The notes: a model not told the origin generated them from the sequence alone. A DNA stretch of 64,000 nucleotides from Octopus vulgaris (GCA_951406725.2 OX597818.1:88536001-88600000); one strand, 5' to 3'. Positions 41,760 to 55,025 are shown, counted from the stretch's first letter. Translations and numbers: made by a program.

Positions 41760-43070
41760 GTAGGGAACAGTCAATCATATCGATCCCGCACTTGACTGAT
41801 TGTTTACTTTGTTGACCCAAGAAAAATAAAAACACAAAAGTTGACCTTGGTGGAATTTGAACTGAGAACCCAATGAACCGTAGCTAAATATTACAACGCA
41901 TTTTCTCTGTCACTCTAAACGATTCTGCCACTTCGACTTCGAATGAATAAGCCTCTTTCTCTGTACGTTAGTTTAGGAGACGAGGGATAATCGATCACAT
42001 TGACCCCAGTGTATGACTGGAGTTAATGTGACCGACTGGGAGTCACCCACCCCGAAAGGATGAAAGGCAAGGCCGACTTCGACAGAATTTTATCTTGGAA
42101 CGTATAAACGGATGAAATGCCATTAAGCATTTTGTCCGGTGAGCCTTAACTTCGAATGCATAATCTTTTCTATTCTAGGTACAAGCCCTGAAATTTAGTG
42201 GGGAGGGGATAGTCGATTACATCGACCCCAATAGGCAACTGGTACTTATTTTATCGACCCCGAAAGAATGAAAGGCAAAGCCGACTTTTCGCGGGATTTT
42301 ATCTCGGAACCTAAAGACGGACGAAATGTCGCTAAGCATTTTGTCCGGTGTGTAAACGATTTTGCCAGCTCACCATCTTAACTTCGAATGAATAATCCTA
42401 ATCAACTCTAGGCACAAGGCCTGAAATTTTGTGGGTAGTGGGATTGCCGATTACATCGACCCCGATGGTCAACTGGTTCTTATTTCATTGACCCAAAAAG
42501 AATGAAAAGTAAAATCTACTTCGGCGAAAAGTGATCCCAGAAAGTAAGCACGGACGAAATGCCGCTAAGCTTTTTGTATAGTGTACAAACGATTTTGTCA
42601 GCTCGCCCCTTTTATTTTCGAATGAATAATGACAATGGTTTCTAATTTATTTACAAGGACAGCAATGTTTAGGGGAGAGGGTTATGGGATTAAATCGACT
42701 CTGGTACTAGATTGGTGTTTTATTTTAAACCACGGAGAAAGGAAACAGAAAGTTGACAATGGCGGTATTTGAACTCAGAATGTAACGAACCGGAAGCAAT
42801 ATCGCAAAGTATTTTGCTTGACGCTTAGCGATTCTGCCAGCACACCGCTTGCTTTCTAATTTAGTCACAAAGCCAGCAATACTGCGGGAAGGGGTCACTC
42901 GATTTGATCGACCCCACTATTAGACTGGCCCTTTATTTGATCGAAACTCCCAAAAAGATGAAAGACAAAGTTGATATTGACGGTTTTTAGAACTGAAAAC
43001 GTAATGATCCGGAAGACTTGTTGCAAATAATTTTGCCCAATGCGTTAACGAGTTTGCTAGCTCAGCACCT
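41760..43070 (-). mobile_element. Head-to-tail array of about six SINE family 2 copies
   Basis: Six repeats of the GACCCC..ACTGG..GACCCCGAAAG.ATGAAAGGCAAAG body, all in the same orientation. Confidence 0.85.
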
Positions 43071-43199
43071 TCGAAATAACTAAAACAACGAGTGAAAGAA
43101 CTGAGTTTCAGCGCTACTGCCAGCTGTACTGGCAACATGAGGAATTTAATTTTCACTGCTGTGAAATTTTAGTACAGTGAACTGGCAATATAAGAGATT

Positions 43200-45000
43200 A
43201 ATTTCCGGCATCAACAAAAGGAACTTCAGAAACGACCTCAACATGATGGGGATAATTCCAATACGAGAATTGGCTCAGACCCACGTACGTGGTTCAACAT
43301 TCTTTGTAGAAATGGCTTGAGTAACTGCAACGGTTAAGAAGTGCTGCATTGCTGCTATGCATGGAAGAATCAAGTGATTATAAGGAATAGTGTCTTCAGA
43401 TTCGAATTGTCCAACTCGCTGAAGGTCGTCTGGCAGCATACGCGATCAAAAACTTTGCACCAAATCGATTTCGGGATCACTCTGGCATGTGCAGTGATGG
43501 CTTACTGAGGACGACACTGGTCATATCATGATTCGCCACGGAGTCAATACTGATCACTGACCGAAATAGAAAAACTAAAAAAAAAATTTTTTTAAACACC
43601 CCAGAGAAAGAATTTTGACACTGTCATACTTGTCGATGCAATCTCTGCGTTAGTGTGCACCGAGTGACATCAAGCTGAATTGGGACTGTAATCATTTCTA
43701 CGACTGACCAAAGGAACTAGACACAAGGGTAAAACCATGTAGGCTATCTTTATTGCAGTGGCTGCATGATATAAATGTGAAAACTATCAAGATTTATTTG
43801 ATGAAAATGATGAGGCTATTTACACTCATATTATTAAAAAAATGAGTTCTAAGTTTCATCTAAAAAATAGGTAAAACAAACATATCCCTTCAAAGAAGCA
43901 AATATCTAAGACAAAAATCTGAAATCTAAAGGATGATATATGTGTACAAAAAACCACAATGCAACCATCAGAAGCACATATGCTTCCAAGTCGGACTCAT
44001 CAGCTTTCTTTAAAGAGTAACAATCTAACTGAGGGTACCACAGAGACAGAAGGGCGATGGACAGCTTTTCCAAGAATTATATAACGCAAAGGCCAATACT
44101 GTTATAGAATCTACTGCCAAATAGAACAATACGAAAACATGGCAAGAAACTTTTACAAGAACCTTTCATTAACGTGTAACATGTCCATAGAAATTCCTAG
44201 CGGGTCAAATATAAAATGATAATCTTGAACTCACCTGACTATAGACAGAAGAAATCCTCTTTGAGAGTTGCCAAAATGTTTTCCCAAAATCGCTAGCACA
44301 TCTGTTTGCTGTTGGTCAGATGGTCAGTAGAATTATGCTTTCCAATCTGCTAATCCTCTTTGAGAGTTGCCAAAATGTTTTCCCAAAATCGCAATCATTT
44401 TGGGAGTGACACCGGTTATGTGATCCTCATATCCTAACAGATACAAGAAAAAAATTGAGAACAGAATGCACCACATCATAAAATTTTTATCGATCCAAAG
44501 AATGCATTCGGCACTGTAAACCGTACCAATTCTGTGGGCTGTGCTGCTGGAGAGGGGTGTATCTGCAAAACAAATTAGGCTAACTGCACTGAATCAGGAT
44601 CGTGAAATGAATTCCAGTAGTAGTTAGGTCCTGATCTCGTTTCTAAAGGAATACTGATTTAAACCAGAGATGCGTCTTAACATCCATCCTTTCTGTGCTT
44701 TATCTCAGTTTTATATTCAAATAAGCTTTTACGCACCCAAGAACGTAAGAGATCCAGTTATCCTAAAGGCGGTAAACTGCTTAATATCAGAACACTGAAA
44801 CCCAATACAAAAACGCAAACGAACTCAGCGCGTGATTTCCTTTACATCGATAATTGCATCATTGTTACACATTTGGATGAGAATCAACAAGTACTTGAAA
44901 TTGAAATTAAAAGAAGCGACATGCAGCTATGACCTTTCAATCAACGACAGTAAGACAAAAATTATTCTACAGAATGTCTGGGACCGGCCTGCAGCCACAT
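43200..45000 (+). mobile_element. Degraded RTE-clade LINE
   Basis: WQHTRSKTLHQIDF at about 43431 (RTE endonuclease WxHPRSKHWHxID), FDENDEAI at about 43798, and YDLSINDSKTKII resembling the RT motif FGLTISxKKT. Confidence 0.7.
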
Positions 45001-45057
45001 CAAACATTGTCATTAGTGCGATTGCATTGTACTGCAATGCACTGAAACTGTCAAATA

Positions 45058-45587
45058 CATCGAACCTCGTTTATCACGGGTTGGGGGTGAAGATTAAAAG
45101 AACACAGTGATAAATGAATCAATGCTAAATGAATCATCTACTCACATTTTGTAAATGGAACGAATGATATATTCATTAGCATCAAACATGCGGCCCACAG
45201 TAGTGAAGTTTTCACGGTAACATATTTTCTTGATTATCTCTGCCTTTTCCAGTACAGAATACACACACCTGGACCAGGCACTTTCACATATTTTCCTGTT
45301 CCTTGATTCCATGTTGGTGGGTACCAGTACGTAAATCCATATAAAAAAAAAAACGCATCTTTGCTCCACGGTCGTGTAAACACGAGTGATGATCAGTGCG
45401 TTCTGGACAGTTGAGCATTGTGACTAGCCGATAGTGAGCGTTTTGAAGGTACAATCAGAATTCCGACTACTTACCGATCCGTGCTATCACTGACCAATCC
45501 GTGATAAGCGTAACATGGTTCACAATTGAGCATAGCGTGTTATCTCGAATCAGTGATAAATGAATCAGCTATAAACGAGGCTACATT
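45058..45587 (-). mobile_element. pogo/Tigger-like internally deleted element
   Basis: Inverted CCTCGTTTAT near both TA-flanked ends; minus ORF LEKAEIIKKI...TTVGRMFDANEYIIRSI resembles the psq-type HTH of pogo/CENP-B proteins. Confidence 0.6.
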
Positions 45588-45843
45588 TACTTAAGAAGTT
45601 ACACCACAACAGACAGAAATACATAGAATATTTCAACGATTGTGCCACACACACGACATATAGATCTTTACGAGGGGACTTCTTAGACAGTAAGGACACC
45701 CCATCGAAATCACAGTGGCTGTTTATAGTGCTATGGACAATACTTGATTTCACACATTACCGTGATCCTTAACTCTTTAGCATTCAAATTATTCCGTCAG
45801 ATGTAATGCTTATGTATTCATAGTTTTGAATTAATCATATATT

Positions 45844-46357
45844 AGGCGTAGGAGTGGCTGTGTGGTATCTAGCTTGCTTACAAACCACATGGTTCCGGGT
45901 TCAATCCCACGACGTGGCACCTTGGGCAAGTACTTTCTACTATAGCCTCGGGTCGACCAGAGCCTTGTGAGTGAATTTGGTAGACGGAAACAGAAAAAAG
46001 CCCGTCGTGGCTCAGTGGTTAGAGCGTCGAGCTTACGATCGTGAGGTTGTGAGCTCGAATCCCGGACCGAGCTGCGTGTTGAGTTCTTGAGCAAGACACT
46101 TTATTTCACTTTGCTCCAGTTCACTCAGCTGTAGAAATGAGTTGCGACGTCACAGGTGCCAAGCTGTATCGGCCCTTGCCTTTCTCTTGGACAACATCGG
46201 TGACGTGGAGAGAGGAGGCCGGTATGCATGGGCGACTGCTGGTCTTCCATAAAACAACCTTGCCCAGACTTGTGCCTCAGAGGGTAACTCTCTAGGTGCA
46301 AACCCATGGTCAGTGTCTGACCGAAGGGGGTCACTATATATATATATATATTTGTAC

Positions 46358-46405
<48 letters not shown>

Positions 46406-46634
46406 AGCATATGTTTGTGTGTCTGTGTTTGTACCCCTAACATCGCTTGACAACCGATGCTGGTGTGTTTACGTCCCCATAACTTAGCGGTTCGGCAAAA
46501 GAGACCGATAGAATAAGTACTAGCATCCAAAGAATAAGTCCTGGGTTCGATTTGCTCGACTAAAGGCGGTGCTCCAGCATGGCCACAGTAAAATGTCTGA
46601 AACAAGTAAAAGAGTAAAAAGAGAGTAAAAGAGT
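45844..46634 (+). mobile_element. SINE family 1 containing a nested family 3 SINE
   Basis: Head AGGCGTAGGAGTGGCTGTGTGG; body interrupted after AAGCCCGTCG; tail GAGTAAAAGAG. Confidence 0.9.
46006..46335 (+). mobile_element. tRNA-derived SINE family 3
   Basis: A box TGGCTCAGTGG, B-box-like GAGCTCGAATCCC, then CTTGAGCAAGACACTT...CACTCAGCTGT. Confidence 0.8.
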
Positions 46635-46749
46635 ATCTTATAGCCGTAAGATTTTACTGATGTGATTGTTTATTTTGAGAATGATATTGTAGAGTAGATA
46701 CGATAGGCCAGATCTGGTCCGTTAGAACGTAAAACAGATAGAACATATG

Positions 46750-46790
<41 letters not shown>

Positions 46791-46796
46791 ATCCTT

Positions 46797-46950
46797 CAGG
46801 AGTGGCTTTGTGGTAAGCGCCCACCAACCACTATTCTGGGTTCAGTCCCACTGCGTGGCATCTTGGGCAAGTGTCTTCTGCTATAGCCCCGGGCCGACCA
46901 ATGCCTTGTGAGTGGATTTGGTAGACGGAAACTGAAAGAAGCTTGTGATA

Positions 46951-47003
<53 letters not shown>

Positions 47004-47215
47004 TTGTGTGTCTGTGTTTGTCCCCCTAGCATTGCTTGACAACCGATGCTGGTGTGTTTACGTCCCCGTAAACACACTTAGCGGTTCGGCAAAATAGACC
47101 GATAGTATAAGTACTGGGCTTACAAAGAATAAGTCCCGGGGTCGATTTGCTCGACTAAAGGCGGTGCTCCAGCATGGCCGCAGTCAAATGACTGAAACAA
47201 GTAAAAGAGTAAAGA

Positions 47216-47217
<2 letters not shown>
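46797..47217 (+). mobile_element. SINE family 1
   Basis: Full head-to-tail match to other copies. Confidence 0.9.
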
Positions 47218-47254
<37 letters not shown>

Positions 47255-47966
47255 TGTATATATATTTGTGCGCATACACACACAAACAAACACACACACA
47301 CAAAGACACACATATTGCGTGCATAAAACCGCGTGGGTAGCATTATACGCATTATATCTGTATGCTTGTATGAATAATTTGCCGTTGTCGTCGAAGTCGT
47401 CGCCGTCGTTGTGGTTATAGAATTTAGTACCAAGCTGATCAGTTGTCATATTTAATATTATTATAAATTATAAATACCAGCAAACCAATGATGAACGTAG
47501 GTAGCACTCACTAACCACCACAACTGGTTGGTCAACTAGTATACACTATAGACTAACCAAGGAACTAGATACAGTTTGGAGAAAAATATTCTTAACAAAC
47601 AACTTAATAATCAGAACATAGAGGAAATTTGGAATTGCAAAAAGACTTTTCCAATTATGGTATACTTACTTGACTGGAAAAATGTTAAATTAAACACAAA
47701 AACATTTAACCACGGGCTAGAATGACGAGATGAACTCAATCAGTGTTTTTCGGTCGAAACTAAATAGTTGCAGGCCGACTGACTATTCGCTCGTCGTATT
47801 TGTCTATATGCGCCTGTGTATGTATATACGTATATATGTATGTGTATGTGTGTGTGCGTGCCTGTGTGTGTCTATGTGTGTGTGTATATATATATACACA
47901 CACATATATTGCATATATATGTATATATGTGTGTATATATAATGTATGTATAATATGACCGGGTTA

Positions 47967-48042
<76 letters not shown>

Positions 48043-48098
48043 GTATATATATATATACAATATAGATAGAGAAATAGATATATACATATATGTATATA

Positions 48099-49496
48099 TT
48101 GGGTCATCCCATAAATAATGCTGCTTTTTCAATTGCATGAACTAAAAGTCGGCGGGGGACGGGATAAATTACCTGAATCAATTTGCTATAAAAGCAGGTA
48201 GTAATTTTACCTTGTTATTCTTGTTTTGAAGAGTGCAGTTCGATTTTAACAGTTATTTTGTCAAAGCTATAATTGAAGTGACAAAGGAGTATATTCGGCA
48301 TATTTTACTTTATGAGTTCAATAAAGGCAACAACGCTATGGAAAGTGCGAGGAATATTAATGCAGTATATGGGGATCGGACAATAAGCGTAAGCCAGTGT
48401 CAACAAGGGTTCCAGAAATTCCGTGCCGGAAACTACAGCCTAGAAGACGAGTCTCGTCCTAGAAGATCTGTAGAGCTCGACGAAGACGTCCTACAAACAC
48501 TGGAGGAACAAAATCCTATGGTAACTGTTGAGGAACTAGCAGAGAAGCTTAGATTTGGTCATTCAACAATTCATCGACGCCTGCGTGCCATTGGAAAATT
48601 GAGTCAATGGGTTTCTCACAAAATTTACAAGTCTAATCGCGCGCAGAGAGTGAATGTGTGCTCTTCTTTGCTGTCACGTCATGAATGAACCTTTTTTTTT
48701 TATTTTTGGAACGAATAGTGACTGGTGACGAGAAATGGGTTCTCTATAAAAATGTCAAGCACCGAAGACGGTAGGGAAAGGAGAAAGACCGGCACCGCCA
48801 GGCTAAAGAAGGTCTTCACTCACGTAAGGTGTAATCTGTTTGCTGGGATGAGAAATGGGTTCTCTAAAAAAATGTCAAGCGCCGAAGACAGTTGGTAGGG
48901 AAAGGAGAAAAACCGACACCCCCAAGGCTAAAGAAGGTCTTCACCCACGTAAGGTGTTGTAATCTGTTTGCTGGGATATGAAAGGTTTAGTCCACTTTGA
49001 ACTTTAAAACCCGAACCAAACGATAACAAAAGAGATCTATTGCGAGCAGCTTGAGCGGCTTAAGTCAGCACAGAAGGAAAACGACCATCTTCGGTTTGAG
49101 GACGAAAGGTGTTCTTCCATCAGGTTAATGCTCGGCCACATACAACGAGGATGACGTTCCAAAGGCTGGAGCAGTTTGAATGGGAAACGATACCCTGCCA
49201 ACCATGTTTGCCGGACATTACCTCATCTGATGATCATTTATCCACAGTCTTCAAAATTATTTGGACGGAAAAAATATGAATTCTGTAGACGAGGTCAGAA
49301 AAGTACTAGAGGAGTATTTTTCGTCACACACAAGTGAATATAGAAAGAGGGGCCTTGCAAGTCTCCCAGATAGATAGAAAAGCATTGTAAAAAATGAAGG
49401 AGAGTATATTTTAGATTATAAAAAGGACTTAGTTGATCTTATTTTTTTAACATAAAAGATGTATAAGAAAATCGCATTATTTATGGGATGACCCAA
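48099..49496 (+). mobile_element. Full-length mariner (DD34D type) with decayed transposase
   Basis: Perfect 23 bp TIR TTGGGTCATCCCATAAATAATGC with TA on both sides; motifs WVSHKI (WVPHEL), TGDEKW, NARPHT and PDITSSD (PDLAPSD); stops, frameshifts and a ~120 bp internal duplication. Confidence 0.95.
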
Positions 49497-49574
49497 TATG
49501 TACATACAAATATGTATGTATATATATATTATATAATTAGGCTTATAAAATAAATTACTTTGCCACATACTGAA

Positions 49575-49622
<48 letters not shown>

Positions 49623-49717
49623 GAGTAGATGCGAGAGGCCAGATCTGGTCCGTTAGAACGTAAAACAGATAGAACATATGAACATATATATATATATATA
49701 TATATCTTCCTTCTCTC

Positions 49718-49842
<125 letters not shown>

Positions 49843-50339
49843 TGTATGTATGTATGTATGTGTGTGTGTGTGTGTGTGATAAACATTATCACATACATAT
49901 ACGGACACATACCTACTTAAATATGCAGCTCTGTAATAAGAATTTGTTTCCGAACCATATGTCCCCGAGTTCAGTCCCATAGCGTGGTCCGATGGGCAAG
50001 TGTAAGATGCCACGCGGTAGGACTGAACGGAAGGCTATATGGTGTGGGAATCAAACTTCTTAACCCCACATCTACGCCCGCGACCAATCCCAAATAATAA
50101 AAAAAATAAACTTTCGTTTGAGATACCTAATGATCCCACACCATAGCACCCTTTTAATTAGCAAAACCAACCACGGAATGTCGTGTGGAAATGAGAAAAT
50201 AACGCACAATGACCATGCTGCAGCATGGCCACATACGCTCTCTGGATCATGGACTTTTAGAGCAAATCTCACTATATTTGGACATACTGTCTAACGTAAC
50301 GGAACAAATTTAAACGATGCTGAAGACATACTGATGCAA

Positions 50340-50347
50340 CTGCTACT

Positions 50348-50380
<33 letters not shown>

Positions 50381-51012
50381 ACGCTGCTTCTGGTAACGGT
50401 GGTGGTAGTAGTAGTAATAGTAGCAGTAGTAGTAGCGTTGATCGTGGTAACAGTGGTAGTAATAGTAGTGGTAGTATCGTTGGTAGTGGTAACGGTGTTG
50501 GTGGTAGCAGAAGTAGTAGTGCCGTTGATCGTGGTTACGGTGGTGGTAGTAGTAGCAGTAGTAGTAGTAGTATTAGTAGCGTTAGTCGTAGTAATAATGG
50601 TTGTTGCAGTAGTACTAGCATTGGTAGTGGTAACGGTGGTAGTAGTAGAAGTACTAGCGTTGGTCGTGGTAACTGTGGTAGTAGTAGTGGTAGTAGCGTT
50701 GATTGTAGTAATGGTGGTTGTAGTATTAGTAGTAACAGCAGTAGTGGTAACGGTGATAGTAGTAGTAGTATTAGTAGTAGCGTTGGTCGTGGTAATGGTA
50801 GTGGTAGTAGTAGCAATAGCGTTGGTCATGGTAATGTTGGAAGTAGTAGCGTTGGTAGCGGTAACAGTGGTAGTAGTAGCGTTGGTAGTGGTAACGGTAG
50901 TAGTAGTAGTAGTAGTAGCGTTGGTAGTGGTAACGGTGGTTGTAGTAGTAGTAGTAGTAGCGTTGGTAGTGGTAAAGCTGGTAGTTGTAAGAGTAGCGTT
51001 GGTAGTGGTAAC

Positions 51013-51059
<47 letters not shown>

Positions 51060-51078
51060 CAGCAGCAGCGTTGGTAGC

Positions 51079-51119
<41 letters not shown>

Positions 51120-51380
51120 CAGCAGCAGCGTTGGTAGTAGTAGTAGTAGTAGTAACAGTTGGTAGTGGTAAAGCTGGTAGTTGTAAGAGTAGCGTTGGTA
51201 GTGGTAATTCATTCTCGGTAGTAGTAGGATGTCGACAGCAAAATTTGGTCCACAGGCATTAAAAGGTGGATCAGTTGATAGCAAGCGTTGAAAAATAGTG
51301 GTAACGGTGGCCACCCTAGTAGAAGTACTAGCGTTGGTAGTGGTAAAGCTGAGGTAGTTGTTAAGAGTAGCGTTGGTCAA
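50340..51380. repeat. (GTA)n-derived minisatellite, unit about GTAGTAGCGTTGGTAGTGGTAACGGTG
   Basis: More than 15 recurrences of GCGTTGGT.GTGGTAA separated by variable (GTA)n. Confidence 0.85.
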
Positions 51381-51770
51381 ATTTAGCGAACAGTAGTCAT
51401 GTAGTCAGTAGTCTTTTGAAGAAAAATGTCGGTAGCCTGTAGCTAGCTTTTTACTCTCGCAGCTTCTCATGGTTTTCCATTTCATTGTATATGATGTTGC
51501 TGTTGTTGGTAGTGGTAATGATGGTGATGGTGGTGGTGGCGGCGGTCTTGCTGTTATCCTTGCTGTTAATCTTGCCGTTGTTGTGCAGTCGCTATTGTAT
51601 TACAGGTGGTGGTGGTGGTGGTGGTGGTGGAGGTGTTCTGGTGAAGACGACCACGACGACGATGATAATGATGATGACGTTTGCGGAGGGTGGAGGTGCG
51701 GCGGCGCTCGCCGATAGGGGATGATGATCGTGGCGGAGATAGCGGCGGCATTCGCAGCGATAGTGATGAT

Positions 51771-51807
<37 letters not shown>

Positions 51808-53144
51808 GATGACTGACGACGACGATGACGAGATGATGATGATGACGATGATGATGATGATGACGATGATGATGATGACAATGTTGATGATGTTGATGAT
51901 GGTGGTGGTTGTGTTGCTATTGTCATGCAATTGTCATGCTATTGTCCCTGTCTTCATTGTTATTGGTAGTGGTGGTTTATAAGTAGCGTGGTCGTTGATA
52001 GCTGTAGTCTGTCTTCAAATAAAGAAAGAAACGAACAGAATTCGCACTATGCCGTTTGCTTTAATTTTAATTACAAATTTAGAAGTATTGTTTAATTGTT
52101 TAGGCAAATGTTTAAATTCGTATTTGTTATTGTTCTTATTTTAGTGTCTTTTGTCTGTAAATTTTTCGTTGCACAACCTGTGGTCCCTTCAGCGACTCTC
52201 CATCCTACGTGTCCCACCTGTTCTGTTTCGTCCATTCTCTCAACAAGAATTTAAGAACAATAATAAATCTGGCGGGAAGAACGAATACAAAGTGCATAAG
52301 CTTTTTTAAATCCAAAATTCATCAGGGCAGAGGCTCGTTGTCTTTACTGAGAAATGTTCTGTTTTGTTATCTCCTCTTATTCTCTTCTTCGTTTTTCTTT
52401 CTTTTACCTTGACGAAAGTCTCTGCGAAAATAAACATATCTTTTCTCTTCTTCATGGCAAAGAAATGTCTAAAAAGGTTTGTCATGTCGCCTCATAGTCC
52501 CAGTGGACAAAAGGGAAAAAGCATCGCCCCGGAGGATGGCGAAGGAAAGGCGCTGGAATAGCCACTGTAACTCATGTGGCTCACACTTGCGGATAACCAT
52601 CTTTGCTGTTCTCGGCCTGACGAACAGCGAAGCCTGGGCTGGCAGTTGAACACACCAAGTTGCCGCTGGAAAAAGGCGTCACATCATGTGGGATCCTAGA
52701 TGAGGAGCTTCAAACCACAGAAAGGGAAAATTGTCATACTATCAGGCCCTTTACCGCACCCTCAGTATAGCTTCGCTGGCCCAAGCCGGACAGGGAAGCC
52801 TGCAGTATCTGGGCCATGCTTTAGGATCTCGTTGATAGCAACATGGTGTGGAAGGCGGTTTGCACTATAGTAGCACGTCAAAAGAAACTACTATAGTAGC
52901 ATGTCGAAAGAAGGCGGTTAGCACTATAGTGAATGTCTAAAGAATCTACAGAAGCCATACAGTAGCTTTTGTGAGGCGAGAGCTTTGCTAAAGGCTTGAA
53001 TTGGTAAAGCACGTCAAATATTTTATGCATCCGGTGACTTCAGCCATTTAACGATACACGCACTTTTCTCTTTTCTTTTCCGAACCTTTTCCTCTTTCCT
53101 CTTTCTAACGAAGAGCTCCTTCTTTTACCATCTTAAGCTTTCTT

Positions 53145-53374
53145 ATTTCTTTATTGCCCACAAGGGGCTAAACATGGAGGGGACAAACAACGACAGATAA
53201 AAGGATTAAGTTGATTACATCGACCCCAGTGCGTGACTGGTACTTAATTTATCGACCCCAAAAGGATGAAATGTAAAGTCGACCTCGGCGGAATTTGAAC
53301 TCAGAAAGTAACAGCAGAAGGAATACCGCTAAGCATTTCGCCCGGCGTGCTAACGTTTCTGCCAGCTCGCCGCC
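53145..53374 (-). mobile_element. SINE family 2 with 15 bp TSD
   Basis: ATCTTAAGCTTTCTT at 53130-53144 and 53375-53389. Confidence 0.9.
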
Positions 53375-53480
53375 ATCTTAAGCTTTCTTTGAGTGTCAGC
53401 CTTATACGTTTACAGTGTACGTCCTTTGTCTTTCGTTGTTTTACCTGTTCCTTTTACTTTTACTTAATGTTTGATTTGCC

Positions 53481-53587
<107 letters not shown>

Positions 53588-53596
53588 GTATGTATA

Positions 53597-54720
53597 TAGG
53601 GGAAAGTAAGAAAAATAAACGAAAATGCACATTGTAAATCAAAAGAAGTAAAGGCTTTTTATGAAAAGTAACGAAAGATATATACAATTAGATGAACTGA
53701 GGTAGGAATAAAAGTAATAAAAGTCATTATTGTGAATTGTTAAAGAGATTCAAGCGTACATATTTCGAAAGTTACTAATCATTGCTTTGAATACAACTAT
53801 TCATTGCTTTGAATGCACACCGATTAATGAACAATGTCAGGTCTAATAGTTCCTGAGAAAAAATATTATTTGTAAGGGAGATAAGTACTTCTGGATTTGG
53901 TGCAATTATGTTAGATATAGAATTGTAAAGTGAATGGTGTAAAGGATGTATGGGGGTTACGTCGGGCGAAATGCTTAGCGGTATTTCGTCTGCCGTTACG
54001 TTGTGAGTTCAAATTCCACCGAGGTCGACTTTGCCTTTCATCCTTTCGGGGTCGATAATTAAGTACCAGTTAAGCACTGGGGTCGATATAATCGACTTAT
54101 ACCTATGTCTGTCCATGTTTGTCCCCTCTATGTTCAGCTTGTGGGTAATAAAGAAATAGGTATTATTTGAAAGGTTAGTAGTGTTCTGTATTATGTTATG
54201 TGTTCATATTTTGTTGGGGAAGATATTTATTGATGAAAGTTGCCTCTTTATTCATTCTTTGTTGCATTGAGGTGTTCTGTGAACATTGATAGAAGGGGAA
54301 AATTGGGAAATTAGGATTAAGATTCCTAGCACACCTTTCTATGTGTTCACTAACCTGTAAGTGTCTGTATTGTGGGTGGCGGATTTGTTCTTTGTGGAGA
54401 GTGGTTCTTCGACGGAGTGATATTCCTGGTTAGCCAATATAGTTGTTACCACATCCTAAGCATGTCATGGCATAGATTAGATTTTCCGAGGCACAGGCGA
54501 AATTTGATTTGATCTTAAAAATTTCACCTTGTTTAAAGTGGAATTCTGAACCCTCCAAAAGTTGGGGGCATGTTCCACAGTTAGGTCGACCACATCTTTT
54601 CACTTTTGGCTCTGTTGTTAATGGATATAGTCCTAAATTCAGTGAGGATACCCTGTTTGTAAAACATATCAGCACAGACAACGATCCTCACCGGGTTCAA
54701 GAGAAAAGTCTTACCTTGTA
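53597..54720 (-). mobile_element. Penelope-like element relic (GIY-YIG endonuclease plus 3' UTR), interrupted by a SINE
   Basis: RCGRPNCGTC..SNFACASENLIYAMTCLGCGNNYIG*PGISLRRRTTLHKEQIRHP..QVSEHIERC: Cys-rich linker, xIY...YIG motif and downstream R..H. The 3' end abuts a TA/TATG microsatellite. Confidence 0.85.
53958..54158 (+). mobile_element. SINE family 2
   Basis: GGGCGAAATGCTTAGCGGTATTTCG...GCCTTTCATCCTTTCGGGGTCGATAA...GTGGGTAATAAAGAAATA. Confidence 0.9.
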
Positions 54721-54777
54721 GCAGCTTCTTTTGGCAGGCTAAACACATCCAGCTATCTTCTTCAGTGCACAATACAA

Positions 54778-54852
54778 TGACGCATGTGCACACTGACGCA
54801 TGCGCACACTGACGCATGCGCACACTGACGCATGCGCACACTGACGCATGCG

Positions 54853-54856
<4 letters not shown>
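54778..54856. repeat. 16 bp minisatellite (TGACGCATGCGCACAC) x5
   Basis: Read directly; the first unit has one substitution. Confidence 0.95.
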
Positions 54857-54921
<65 letters not shown>

Positions 54922-55025
54922 CAATATTTCCAATTGGTTCGCTCGAACGATTGTGGTGGAGGTATTTTCGTCTCCACATGAAACCATCGGTTGCTTTGTT
55001 AGTCCACAAATAAAGTATATATGTA

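Larger units (their letters stand above)
45770..46750. mobile_element. TTAA-initiated MITE-like repeat split by nested SINEs
   Basis: TTAACTCTTTAGCATTCA... (45770-45840) resumes at 46635-46750. Recognised from memory as an abundant octopus repeat; its right end is lost. Confidence 0.5.

Noticed and set aside
41760-43070. CRISPR-like repeat/spacer array
   Set aside because: The 'spacers' are homologous SINE copies, the context is eukaryotic, and there are no cas genes.
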